Shown: positions 1 through 8,016 of the stretch, piece after piece | How the letters are laid out: every line of letters starts with the position of its first letter | Position numbering within the stretch: position 1 is the first letter of the stretch | Source of the DNA: Acidimicrobiales bacterium | GTDB lineage: Bacteria > Actinomycetota > Acidimicrobiia > Acidimicrobiales > VFJN01 | Assembly (NCBI GenBank): GCA_046598435.1 | Contig: JBKJIL010000093.1 | Coordinates: forward strand, 1 to 47,821 | Length of the DNA stretch: 47,821 nt | Direction: 5' to 3' | Translations under genes and position numbers: made by a program | Notes under the pieces: generated by a model | Seen by the model: the letters and a program-made list of their open reading frames with translations, nothing else | Told to the model about the DNA's origin: nothing | Databases searched by the model: none

Positions 1-1804
1 GGTAGGAGGCGGCCTGGATCTCGTAGAGCTCGGCGTACTGGCCCGCCCGGGCCATGAGCTGCTCGTGCGTGCCCACCTCCACGAGGTGGGCACCGTCGAG
101 CACGACGATGAGGTCAGCCATGCGCACCGTCGAGAACCGGTGGGAGACGAGCAGCGTGATGCGACCGGCGTCGCCCGTATGGCGGGCGCCCGCTGCGTAG
201 TGCTCGAAGAGGGCGTGCTCTGTCTCCGCGTCGAGCGCGGCCGTCGGCTCGTCGAGCACCAGCAGGAGCGGGTCCTCTCGCATGAACCCGCGTGCCAGGG
301 CCAGCTTCTGCCACTGACCGAAGCTCACCTCCACCCCCTCGGGCCAGGTGGGCCCGAGCTGGGTGTCGAGGCCAGCCGCCAGGTGGTCGATCACGTCGTC
401 GGCCCCGGCACGCTCCACGGCCGATGCCACCGCCGGCTCGTCGTCCATCCGGGGCACGTCGCCGAGGCCGACGCTGTGGCGAGCTCGGAGCTCGAAGCGG
501 AAGAAGTCCTGGAAGGCCCCGGCCAGCCGAGCGCGCCAGCCCTCGGCCGGCATCCGGGCCAGCTCCTCACCGTCGACGAGGATGCGGCCGGCGGTGGGCT
601 CGTAGAGCTTGGCGAGGAGCTTCACGAGCGTGGTCTTGCCGGCGCCGTTCTCTCCCACGATGGCCACCACGGCGCCGGCGGGAAGGGTGAGCGACACGTC
701 CTCGAGCACGAGGCGGTCGGTGCCCGGGTAGGCGAACGACACGTGGTCGAGGGTGATCCCGTCGGTGAGTCGGTCGGGCACGGGGAGCTCGGCCATCGAG
801 GTCAGGGAGGCGGCGTAGTCCTCCAGCCAGGCCAGGCGGCGCGAGCCGTCCATCCAGATGCCCCGCAGGAAGCCGATCTCGCCGACGGTGGCGCCGATGT
901 ACGACGACAGCCTCGCGCCCGCGGCCAGCACCAACAGCACGTCGCCCGCGGGCTTGTCGATGCCCGAGGTGACGAACACGATGCCGCCGACGTAGGCCGC
1001 GCCGAAGGTGGCCCAGGCCAGCGTGTGCCAGAGGGCCGACGCCCACCGAGCGGATGCCACCGGGCCATACCACTGCTCCCACGCCTCGCGCCGCTGGGCG
1101 ACGAGACGAGGACCGATCCCCGTGACGCGCACCTCCTTGCCCGGCGGGGCCGTGGTGGCCACGGTGAAAAGGTGCTTCGACAGCCGCTTGGCGGGGGCAC
1201 CGCGCTCCTCCACGGCTCGCTCGATCCCGGGCCGCCAGCTCGACGTGAGCACGGTCGGGAGGGCGAAGAGCGCGAGGAGCGCGAGGGCTGGGTGGATCGA
1301 GGCCAGGAGCACCACCGTCACCGCGAGGCGCAGGATCCAGCCGATGGTGGAGAACACCGACATGTACATGTGGTCGAGCACGAAGACCTGGTCGCGCAGC
1401 ACCGACAGCCGATCGAGCAGCTCCGGTCGCTCTTGGTGGGCGATCGTCACGACGGTGGCCTGCAGGCCGGCCACGTGGGCCTCGAGGGCGATGGTCACGC
1501 GGTCGCGGAAGCGACGCTGCACCCGGGCCGAGACCGTGCGAAGGAACCAGGTCGCGGCGGCGGAGGCCCCGAGACCGAGTGCGGCGGCCCGCACGAGCCC
1601 ACGGTTGGCGTCGAGGAGGCCCTCGCCGAGGAGCTTCAGCCACAGCGCCATGAGGGCGTCGGGCAAGGCCGCCAGCAACGACAGGGCCAGCGCCACGAGC
1701 ATCAGGCGCGGCTCGCTCCGGTAGCCGAGCCGACAGAGTCGCCACATCGAGGACAGCGCCGGGGGGAGCTCGTCGTCAGGTGCGGTGTCAGCTGAGGGCT
1801 TCAA
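1..1804 (-). CDS. ABC exporter, fused permease/ATP-binding subunit (3' end runs just off the window)
   Basis: Not in the ORF track because no stop lies in the window. Manual minus-strand translation from TTG at 1804 gives ...LPPALSSMWRLCRLGYRSEPRLMLVALAL (TM region), Walker A GENGAGKTT, signature VSFGQWQKLALAR, Walker B LLLVLDEPT, and ends ...EVGTHEQLMARAGQYAELYEIQAASY at position 1. Confidence 0.88.
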   Translation of the reverse strand, partial: MKPSADTAPDDELPPALSSMWRLCRLGYRSEPRLMLVALALSLLAALPDALMALWLKLLGEGLLDANRGLVRAAALGLGASAAATWFLRTVSARVQRRFRDRVTIALEAHVAGLQATVVTIAHQERPELLDRLSVLRDQVFVLDHMYMSVFSTIGWILRLAVTVVLLASIHPALALLALFALPTVLTSSWRPGIERAVEERGAPAKRLSKHLFTVATTAPPGKEVRVTGIGPRLVAQRREAWEQWYGPVASARWASALWHTLAWATFGAAYVGGIVFVTSGIDKPAGDVLLVLAAGARLSSYIGATVGEIGFLRGIWMDGSRRLAWLEDYAASLTSMAELPVPDRLTDGITLDHVSFAYPGTDRLVLEDVSLTLPAGAVVAIVGENGAGKTTLVKLLAKLYEPTAGRILVDGEELARMPAEGWRARLAGAFQDFFRFELRARHSVGLGDVPRMDDEPAVASAVERAGADDVIDHLAAGLDTQLGPTWPEGVEVSFGQWQKLALARGFMREDPLLLVLDEPTAALDAETEHALFEHYAAGARHTGDAGRITLLVSHRFSTVRMADLIVVLDGAHLVEVGTHEQLMARAGQYAELYEIQAASY

Positions 1805-3605
1805 GGACCACTCCCTCATCGTCTTCCGACACCGGCTCCCCAGCCGCGAAGCGCTCGGCTTGGAGGTCGAACATCGTGCGGTAGCGACCGCCGGCGGCCA
1901 TCAGCTCGTCGTGGGTGCCGAGCTCGACGACCGCGCCGTGCTCCAGCACGCAGATCCGGTCCGCCTGGCGCACGGTGGAGAAGCGGTGGGAGATGAGGAT
2001 CGTCGTGCAGCCCCGCGTGGCCGTGAGGATGCGCTGGAAGATCTCCGCCTCGCCCCGCACGTCGAGCTGCGCGGTGGGCTCGTCGAGCAGCACCACTCCC
2101 GCGCCGAGCTCGACGGCACAGAGGGCCCGAGCCAGCGCCACGCGCTGCCACTGGCCGCCGGAGAGGTCGGTGCCGCCCTCGTAGCCCTTGGCCAACGGGG
2201 TGTCGAGCGACCGGAGATCCTCGGCACCGGCCTGGGCCAGCGCGGCCAGGATGACATCGTCGGGAGCTCCCGCCGGTGCGACGTTGTCGCGCAGCGGCAG
2301 CTCGAAGCGGATGAAGTCCTGGAAGACGGCCGTGAGCCGGCCTCGCCAGGCCTCGACGTCGAGCGCTCGGAGGTCGACGCCGTCCACCTCGATCGACCCG
2401 TGCTGCGGGTCGTACAGGCGACACAGCAGCTTGGCCAGCGTCGTCTTGCCGGCGCCGTTCTGCCCGACGATGGCCAGCGAGGACCCGGCTGGGATCGTCA
2501 GGTCGAAGCCCTCCAGCACGGGTGCCGAGCCGCCGGCCGGATAGGCGAAGGTGACGTCGCGGAAGCGGATCTCCGCGGCAGGGAGGTCCTCAGCGCCCCG
2601 TCCACCGCTCGTCAGCGCTCCCGCGGGAGCCATGGCCCCCTTCACCCGCAGCGCGGCGGCCACCGGAGCCGAGGCGCCGTCGAGCGCCCAGTTGAGCCCA
2701 CCGAAGGCGATCATCGACGCCCCCACGGCGGCCTGGGCGAACACGATCGTGTGGGCCAGGTCGAGCCGTCCGTCGGATGCCGCGTCGGCCAGCGACCAGA
2801 AGACCGCCACGTTGGCGACGACGACCAGCACGAGGCTCGAGATGACCGACCGCTCACGCAGGCGGGTGGCCTCGTACTGCAGCTCGTGCAAGCGGGTGCG
2901 CCGCGCGATGAAGCGGTCGAGCGTCCACCCTGCCAACCCGAACAGGCGCAGCTCCTTGGCGGCCGGCGGGTCCACCGCGAGGCGGTAGGCGTAGTCGGCA
3001 TCGCGCTGGGCGCCCCGCACCTCGTCGGTGTTGCGGTCGCGCCAGATGGCGCTCTCCTTCAGCAGCCAGTGGGTGGCCAGCCAGGCGCCGCCGAGCACCA
3101 GCGGCGCCCACCAGGCGTAGGCGAACAGCACCGCGGCCGAGGTCAGGCCGGCGACCATCTCGACGAGGCCGCCGGCGATGAAGTCCATCGAGATCGACAG
3201 CGGCGGTCCGGTCATCCCGAGATCGAACTCACGAGCCACGGTCAGATCGCCGCTCAGCTCCGGGTCTTCCAGGTGACCGAGCCCGGGCGGCTCGACGCAG
3301 GCATCGGTGAGCTGGTCGTAGAGCCAGGCCGCCGTGCGGTCGCCCAGGTTGTACCCGAGAGCCAGGTGGATCGGGTTGAGGACCTGCAGGAGCACGAAGA
3401 CGACGCCGACGGCGACGAGTGGGCCGACGAGCGACGTGTCGGCCTCGACAGCGCCCACGAGCACGCCCATCGTGATGGCGAAGCCGGCGGGCAGCACCCC
3501 GCGCAGGACGAGGACCAGCCACCACGCCCCGGCCAGATGCCGGTCGGCCTTGGCGAGCACGCCGAAGAAGGCCCACTCCTGTCGGGCCCGCAGTCTGCCG
3601 AGCAC
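1788..3605 (-). CDS. ABC exporter, fused permease/ATP-binding subunit
   Basis: Walker A GQNGAGKTT, signature LSGGQWQR, Walker B VVLLDEPT, H-loop ISHRFST, N-terminal TM helices. GTG at 3605 is preceded by GGAGGGAGG, a better start than 3809. Confidence 0.92.
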   Translation of the reverse strand: MLGRLRARQEWAFFGVLAKADRHLAGAWWLVLVLRGVLPAGFAITMGVLVGAVEADTSLVGPLVAVGVVFVLLQVLNPIHLALGYNLGDRTAAWLYDQLTDACVEPPGLGHLEDPELSGDLTVAREFDLGMTGPPLSISMDFIAGGLVEMVAGLTSAAVLFAYAWWAPLVLGGAWLATHWLLKESAIWRDRNTDEVRGAQRDADYAYRLAVDPPAAKELRLFGLAGWTLDRFIARRTRLHELQYEATRLRERSVISSLVLVVVANVAVFWSLADAASDGRLDLAHTIVFAQAAVGASMIAFGGLNWALDGASAPVAAALRVKGAMAPAGALTSGGRGAEDLPAAEIRFRDVTFAYPAGGSAPVLEGFDLTIPAGSSLAIVGQNGAGKTTLAKLLCRLYDPQHGSIEVDGVDLRALDVEAWRGRLTAVFQDFIRFELPLRDNVAPAGAPDDVILAALAQAGAEDLRSLDTPLAKGYEGGTDLSGGQWQRVALARALCAVELGAGVVLLDEPTAQLDVRGEAEIFQRILTATRGCTTILISHRFSTVRQADRICVLEHGAVVELGTHDELMAAGGRYRTMFDLQAERFAAGEPVSEDDEGVVLEALS

Positions 3606-3633
3606 GTGGCCTCCCTCCGGTCGATCGGAGAGG

Positions 3634-4032
3634 CTAGGCGTCGTCGGCAGGCGGGTCGGCGGCGACCGCGGCCGTCTCGGCGACCGCGGCCGTCTCGTCG
3701 ACGGGGGCCTCCTCGACGGGGGCCTCCTCGACGGGGGCCTCAGTCTGCGTGCCGTAGTGGAGGAAGAGGTTGCGCACGACGTCGCCCAGCCCGGCTCCCG
3801 TCTGGCCACGGCCGAGCGTGACCGTGACGACCGAGCCGTTCAGGTGCACGGCCTCGATGCCGCCCTCGGCGAACAGGCGTCGGGCCAGCTCCGCGCCGGT
3901 CTTGTCGAGGAGCTCGCTGGGCGCCTCGGTGTAGCGCTCATGACCCATGCCCGTGAGGGGACGGTTCGTCTCGAACCGCAGCACGGCGGGGTTGCTCGAT
4001 GGCTTCTCGACGACGGTGATCGGCTGTCCCAT
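3634..4032 (-). CDS. NifU/Nfu N-terminal scaffold-like domain protein with acidic repeat tail
   Basis: MGQPITVVEKPSSNPAVLRFETNRPL...LARRLFAEGGIEAVHLNGSVVTVT resembles the Nfu_N pattern (T/SxNPxxxKF...LAxxLFxxxGVxxV...VTV). Confidence 0.65.
   Translation of the reverse strand: MGQPITVVEKPSSNPAVLRFETNRPLTGMGHERYTEAPSELLDKTGAELARRLFAEGGIEAVHLNGSVVTVTLGRGQTGAGLGDVVRNLFLHYGTQTEAPVEEAPVEEAPVDETAAVAETAAVAADPPADDA
3661..3742. repeat. Coding tandem repeats: 2 x 18 bp followed by 3 x 15 bp
   Basis: GGCGACCGCGGCCGTCTC x2 (3661-3696) and TCGACGGGGGCCTC(C/A) x3 (3698-3742). On the minus strand they encode EAPVE/EAPVD and ETAAVA repeats. Confidence 0.9.
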
Positions 4033-4093
4033 AGGCGGCGGCATGGTACCCATGGGAGTCGCAGCGCCGCCACACAACCGCAGGAGCCAGCCC

Positions 4094-5305
4094 ATGTCCA
4101 CCGAGACCGTCGTCCTGAAGGGACACATCGTCGACTCGCTGCTCTTGGCCAAGGTGCTCGACGTGGTCGTCGACGCAGGGGTCGCCTACGAGCTCTCCGA
4201 CGTGCAGATCGGGCGCACGAACCTCGATGTCAGCCAGGCCGTGATCTCGCTCGAGGGCGAGCAGGCCCAGCTCGATCGGCTGATCGACGAGCTCCAGGTG
4301 CACGGTGTCAACCGGGTGTCCGCGGGAACCTCCACGCTGGTGGCCAGCGACCAGGACGGCGTGCTCCCAGCCGGGTTCTACTCCACCACCAACCTGGCCA
4401 CCGACGTGCTCGTCGACGGTCAGTGGCTGGCCGTGGAGAACCCCGAGATGGACTGCGCCATCGTGATCGCCGACGGACGGGCTCGGACGGCCCCCATGCA
4501 CCAGGTGCGGGCAGGCGACCAGATCGTCGTCGGCAGCGGCGGCGTGCGCGTGCAGGCCCCGGCCAAGCAGGGCGGGCCGACGGCCTTCGAGTTCATGAGC
4601 TCAGAGGTGTCGTCGGAGAAGCCCAAGGCGCTGATCGTGCGCGAGGTCGCCGACCGGATGCGAGCAGCGCACGAGCGGGGCGGGCGCGTGCTGGCGGTGT
4701 GCGGACCGGCCGTGGTCCACACGGGAGGCGCCCCCGACGTAGCCCGGCTCGTCGAGGCCGGGTGGATCGACGTGCTGTTCGCAGGGAACGGGTTCGCCAC
4801 CCACGACATCGAGTCGAACGTGCTCGGCACGTCGCTCGGCGTGTCCGTGGCCGAGGGCACGTCCACCGAGGGCGGCCACGCCAACCACCTGCGGGTGATC
4901 AACGAGGTGCGCCGCCACGGGTCCATCGCGGCGGCCGTCGAGGCCGGCTACGTCACCGGAGGCGTGATGGCGACCTGCGTCCGCAAGTCGGTCCCCTTCG
5001 TGCTGGGCGGCTCGATCCGCGACGATGGCCCGCTGCCCGACGTGCACACGGACACGGCGGCGGCGGCCGATGCGATGCGGGCGCTCATCCCGGGGGTGAC
5101 GGTGGCGCTCATGCTGGCCTCGACCCTTCACTCCATCGCGGTGGGGAACTGCCTGCCGGCGGGGGTGGAGACGTTCTGCGTCGACATCAACCAGGCGGTG
5201 GTCACCAAGCTGGCCGACCGGGGCAGCCACCAGGCCCTGGGGATCGTGACCGACGTCGGACCGTTCCTCGGGCACCTCGCCGACGCGCTCTGCGGTGGCC
5301 GCTGA
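4094..5305 (+). CDS. TIGR00300-family protein (LOR/SDH-like N-terminus; ornithine cyclodeaminase-like, ArgZ/AgrE C-terminal part)
   Basis: GHIVDSLLL, PAGFYSTTNL, EMDCAIV, FEFMSSEVSSEKP, GPAVVHTGG, GNGFATHDIE, GSIRDDGPLPD, LHSIAVGN, CVDINQAVVTKLADRGS are the characteristic motifs. ATG at 4094 follows AGGAG. Confidence 0.9.
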   Translation: MSTETVVLKGHIVDSLLLAKVLDVVVDAGVAYELSDVQIGRTNLDVSQAVISLEGEQAQLDRLIDELQVHGVNRVSAGTSTLVASDQDGVLPAGFYSTTNLATDVLVDGQWLAVENPEMDCAIVIADGRARTAPMHQVRAGDQIVVGSGGVRVQAPAKQGGPTAFEFMSSEVSSEKPKALIVREVADRMRAAHERGGRVLAVCGPAVVHTGGAPDVARLVEAGWIDVLFAGNGFATHDIESNVLGTSLGVSVAEGTSTEGGHANHLRVINEVRRHGSIAAAVEAGYVTGGVMATCVRKSVPFVLGGSIRDDGPLPDVHTDTAAAADAMRALIPGVTVALMLASTLHSIAVGNCLPAGVETFCVDINQAVVTKLADRGSHQALGIVTDVGPFLGHLADALCGGR

Positions 5306-6159
5306 TGGCGGAGCTGGCCTGGGGGCGGCGGTACCTGATGTGCCCGCCGCACCACTTCGGGGTGCTCTACGAGATCAACCCGTGGATGCACGAGGCGGTG
5401 GCCGTCGAGCACGACGCGGCGTCGCTCCAGTGGCAGGACCTCGTGGCCGCCCTGCGGCTCGCCGGTGCGGAGGTCGTCACGATCGACCCCCACCCCAACG
5501 TGCCCGACCTCGTGTTCACGGCCAACGCCGGCATCGTCAACGGCAACCAGTTCGTGCCCAGCCACTTCCGGCATCCCGAGCGCCAGGCCGAGACGGAGAT
5601 CGATGCGGCCTGGTTCGCGGACCACGGCTTCCAGGTGGACCGCCTGCCTGCTGAGCTCGACCATGAGGGCGCCGGTGACGCGCTGCCGTTCACCCCCGAG
5701 AACGGCCAGACCGTCCTCGTGTCGGGCTACTCGTTTCGCAGCGACGCGGCGGCCATCGCCGCGCTGGGCGACCTGGTGGGCTGCCCGATCAAGGCCGTGC
5801 AGCTCATCGACCCGCGGCTCTACCACGTCGACCTCACGTTCTGTCCGCTCGACGAGCGCCGGGCCATCTGCGCGCCGATGGGCTGGGACAGCTACGGCCG
5901 CAAGGTGATCGAGGCCCTCGTGCCGGAGCCGCTGTGGCTGGAAGACCACGAGGCGCTGGCCTTCTGCGCCAACTCGGTGGTGGTGGGCACCACCATCGTG
6001 ATGCCGTCCACACCGCCCCGCGTCGGTCGCCAGCTCGAGGCATGGGGCTTCACGGTCGTGGAGAGCAGGGTCGACGAGTTCCTCAAGGCCGGCGGCGGCT
6101 GCCGCTGCCTCACCCTCGCCCTCGACGTCACCCTCTCGCCAACCCCCGCGAGGCAATAG
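5305..6159 (+). CDS. Amidinotransferase/DDAH superfamily enzyme (arginine dihydrolase-like, ArgZ N-terminal part)
   Basis: MCPP, YEINPWM, PDLVFTANAG, EGAGD, YHVD and EFLKAGGGCRCLTL (catalytic Cys). ATG overlaps the upstream TGA (TGATG). Confidence 0.9.
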   Translation: MAELAWGRRYLMCPPHHFGVLYEINPWMHEAVAVEHDAASLQWQDLVAALRLAGAEVVTIDPHPNVPDLVFTANAGIVNGNQFVPSHFRHPERQAETEIDAAWFADHGFQVDRLPAELDHEGAGDALPFTPENGQTVLVSGYSFRSDAAAIAALGDLVGCPIKAVQLIDPRLYHVDLTFCPLDERRAICAPMGWDSYGRKVIEALVPEPLWLEDHEALAFCANSVVVGTTIVMPSTPPRVGRQLEAWGFTVVESRVDEFLKAGGGCRCLTLALDVTLSPTPARQ

Positions 6160-6245
6160 GTTCCGCGACCTCGCTCTCGAGGCAATTGGTTCCGCATGCG
6201 GAACCAATTGCCTCGAGGTTGCGAGCGCGGAACCTATTGCCTCGC
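6148..6245. repeat. Palindrome family A, left copy (98 bp nested inverted repeat)
   Basis: Outer arms GCGAGGCAATAGGTTCCGCG (6148-6167) and its exact reverse complement (6226-6245). The centre is a perfect 42-bp palindrome CTCGAGGCAATTGGTTCCGCATGCGGAACCAATTGCCTCGAG (6176-6217). Four GAGGCAATWGGTTCC units in total, tandem pairs 29 bp apart. Confidence 0.97.
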
Positions 6246-6295
6246 CACCCGCCGCCGTTCCAGGGACTGTCACAGGGCCGCACCATTCTTTCGGG

Positions 6296-7243
6296 ATGGA
6301 TCGACACGGACGTGATGCTCGCCTGGCGCTGCTCGCCGGCCGCCAATCCGGAGCGTTCTCCTTTGCCCAGGCCCACAAGGCCGGGTTCGCGAGAGCCACG
6401 ATCAGCCGACGCCTCGCGTCGGGAGCATGGGCGCGGTTGCACCCGGGCGTGTACGCGCTGGCCGCCACCCCCGTGACGCGGTACCTGCAGCTGTGGGCAG
6501 CCGTCCTCGCCGCGGGACCGCAGGCAGTCCTCAGCCACGAGTCGGCCGCGCTGGTCCACGGTGCGGAGGACCTCCCGCCGGAGCCGATCACCCTCACCAA
6601 CCCGCACGGTCGGCACCACCGGCTGCAGGGCGTCGTCGTCCACCAGATCGACGACCTCGCCCGTCGCCACCGAACGGCCGTGGATGGACTACCCACGTCC
6701 ACGGCCGCTCGCTCGGTGATCGATCTGGCCGCCACGCAAGACGGATCCACCGTGGGGAGGGTCGCCGACGACCTCGTGCGGGCGAAGCGCACCTCTTACG
6801 GCGCCATCGCCTCGGTGCTCGCCGACGTGGCCCGCCCCGGCAAGCCGGGCGTCGAGGTTGTGGCGGCGGTCCTCGAAGCCCGCACCGCGGGGCACGTACC
6901 AGCGTCGTCGGCCCTCGAGCGGCTGCTGTTCGCCACCCTGGAAGCGGGCGGGCTCCCCGCTCCGGCGCGTCAGGTCCGGCTACCGGGCCGAGGGCCGGTG
7001 ACCGGCTTGGTCGACGGCGCGTACCTCGACGCGCAGATCGTCCTCGAGGCCGATGGGCGGCGGTGGCACACCCGCATGGACGCCGCCCGCCGGGATCGTG
7101 AGCGCGACGCGCAGGTCGTGCGGGCCGGGTGGGTTCCGCTGCGCTTTGTGTACGAGCAGCTGCAGGGCGACCCCGCCGGCGTGTGCGCGATCGTCGCGGA
7201 CACCCGAGCGCTCCGGCTGATCCAGCTGCAGCGGGCGGCGTGA
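6296..7243 (+). CDS. AbiEi-like N-terminal wHTH plus DUF559/Vsr-like PD-(D/E)xK nuclease domain protein
   Basis: N-terminal LAGRQSGAFSFAQAHKAGF...WARLHPGVY; middle LSHESAALVHG and GLPTSTAARSVIDLA; C-terminal SALE...GLPAPARQ...VDGAY...LEADGRRWH...DRERDAQVVRAGWVPLRF. Confidence 0.85.
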   Translation: MDRHGRDARLALLAGRQSGAFSFAQAHKAGFARATISRRLASGAWARLHPGVYALAATPVTRYLQLWAAVLAAGPQAVLSHESAALVHGAEDLPPEPITLTNPHGRHHRLQGVVVHQIDDLARRHRTAVDGLPTSTAARSVIDLAATQDGSTVGRVADDLVRAKRTSYGAIASVLADVARPGKPGVEVVAAVLEARTAGHVPASSALERLLFATLEAGGLPAPARQVRLPGRGPVTGLVDGAYLDAQIVLEADGRRWHTRMDAARRDRERDAQVVRAGWVPLRFVYEQLQGDPAGVCAIVADTRALRLIQLQRAA

Positions 7244-7247
7244 CGAG

Positions 7248-7358
7248 TCAGACCGAGCGCTGCAGGTACCGACTGCCGGTCTCCTCGTACCCGAGTCGGC
7301 CGTAGTAGTCCGCCATAGCGGGGTCGGCAACCACGTTGAGCACGCGTCGTCCGCCCGT
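7248..7358 (-). pseudogene. C-terminal remnant of a GNAT-family acetyltransferase
   Basis: Minus-strand translation TGGRRVLNVVADPAMADYYGRLGYEETGSRYLQRSV* matches the GNAT C-terminal motif (A..(F/Y)Y..LG(F/Y)). The frame runs into the palindrome and hits a stop near 7443, and there is no N-terminal half. Confidence 0.55.
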
Positions 7359-7452
7359 GAGGCAATAGGTTCCAGTCGGGCGCTCTCGAGGCAACTGGTT
7401 CCACTGGCGGAACTGATTGCCTCGAGACTGCCCCGGTGGAACCTATTGCCTC
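7359..7452. repeat. Palindrome family A, right copy
   Basis: GAGGCAATAGGTTCCA (7359-7374) and TGGAACCTATTGCCTC (7437-7452) enclose an imperfect 42-bp inner palindrome (7385-7426). Same 29-bp unit spacing and same 94-bp span as the left copy (6150-6243). Confidence 0.96.
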
Positions 7453-7533
7453 GCCGACCTCCAGGTGGCGGTCGATCTCGGGACACCGACTTGCTCGGGG
7501 ACCCCGTTGGTGGCCACAGGTGATCGTGGCCGC

Positions 7534-7950
7534 TCAGGCGGGGTGATCAGCCACAAGCGCTTCGGCACCCGCCCGCACCGCCTCCCGGACGGCGGCCACC
7601 GACAGCGTGATGGACACCGCGGCCAGCACCAGGTGGACGGCGATGAAGGCCGCCTCGTGGTCGCCGGTGGCGATGCCGGCCGCCCGGACCACCCACACGC
7701 CGATCGTCCAGGCCGCCAGGGCCTTCACGGCGAGGCCGCGCCACGAGGACCCATGCCACACGGCGTGGCCCACGGCCAGGGCCAGCACGGTGAAGCTCAT
7801 GGCCAGCCCGGTGCGACCCCACTTCTCGCCGCCGCTCAGGGCATCGTCGCCCCAGATGTTGCCGATCCGGGTGGTCCAGACCAGCAGCGTCCAGACGACG
7901 AGCGCGATCGCTGCGGGCAGACGGCGAGGCGACATGCGGCGGGACGACAT
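7534..7950 (-). CDS. Hypothetical four-TM membrane protein
   Basis: Four hydrophobic helices, WTTRIGNIW motif, GC3-rich codons. Start is uncertain (7935/7950/7968). Confidence 0.75.
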   Translation of the reverse strand: MSSRRMSPRRLPAAIALVVWTLLVWTTRIGNIWGDDALSGGEKWGRTGLAMSFTVLALAVGHAVWHGSSWRGLAVKALAAWTIGVWVVRAAGIATGDHEAAFIAVHLVLAAVSITLSVAAVREAVRAGAEALVADHPA

Positions 7951-7975
7951 GCCGTCGACGGTAGCCACCGGCTAT

Positions 7976-7993
7976 CTTGACCGGACAGTCAAG
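7976..7993. promoter_or_regulatory. Possible operator palindrome in a divergent promoter
   Basis: CTTGAC-CGGACA-GTCAAG lies between the divergent membrane-protein and acyl-CoA dehydrogenase genes. Confidence 0.4.
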
Positions 7994-8016
7994 TTTGTAC
8001 TCCGAGGGGACCCCAC

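Noticed and set aside
65-3821. Long plus-strand ORFs 65-1795 and 1785-3821
   Set aside because: Antisense shadows of the ABC transporter genes, typical of high-GC DNA; no motifs.
3334-6159. 941-aa fusion protein ending in the amidinotransferase
   Set aside because: Only the part from ATG 5305 has family motifs; the upstream part is an alternate frame over TIGR00300. The same applies to the 928-aa ORF at 21245-24031, whose real start is 22441.
6296-7243. Type IV toxin-antitoxin (AbiE) module
   Set aside because: No AbiEii nucleotidyltransferase gene lies next to either AbiEi-like gene.
6148-7452. CRISPR array or mini-array
   Set aside because: Units occur as inverted pairs with a 29-bp period and only ~14 bp between them; there are no unique spacers of CRISPR length and no cas genes.
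6135-7462. Target-site duplication CTCGCCAACCCCC (6135) versus CTCGCCGACCTCC (7450)
   Set aside because: Imperfect, GC-rich and overlapping the palindrome end, so chance similarity cannot be excluded.
5128-7486. ORFs sharing EAIGSA/EPIASR/NLLP peptides (e.g. 5128-6792, 6128-6670, 6980-7486)
   Set aside because: The peptide repeats are just translations of the palindromes; the frames are antisense to well-supported genes.
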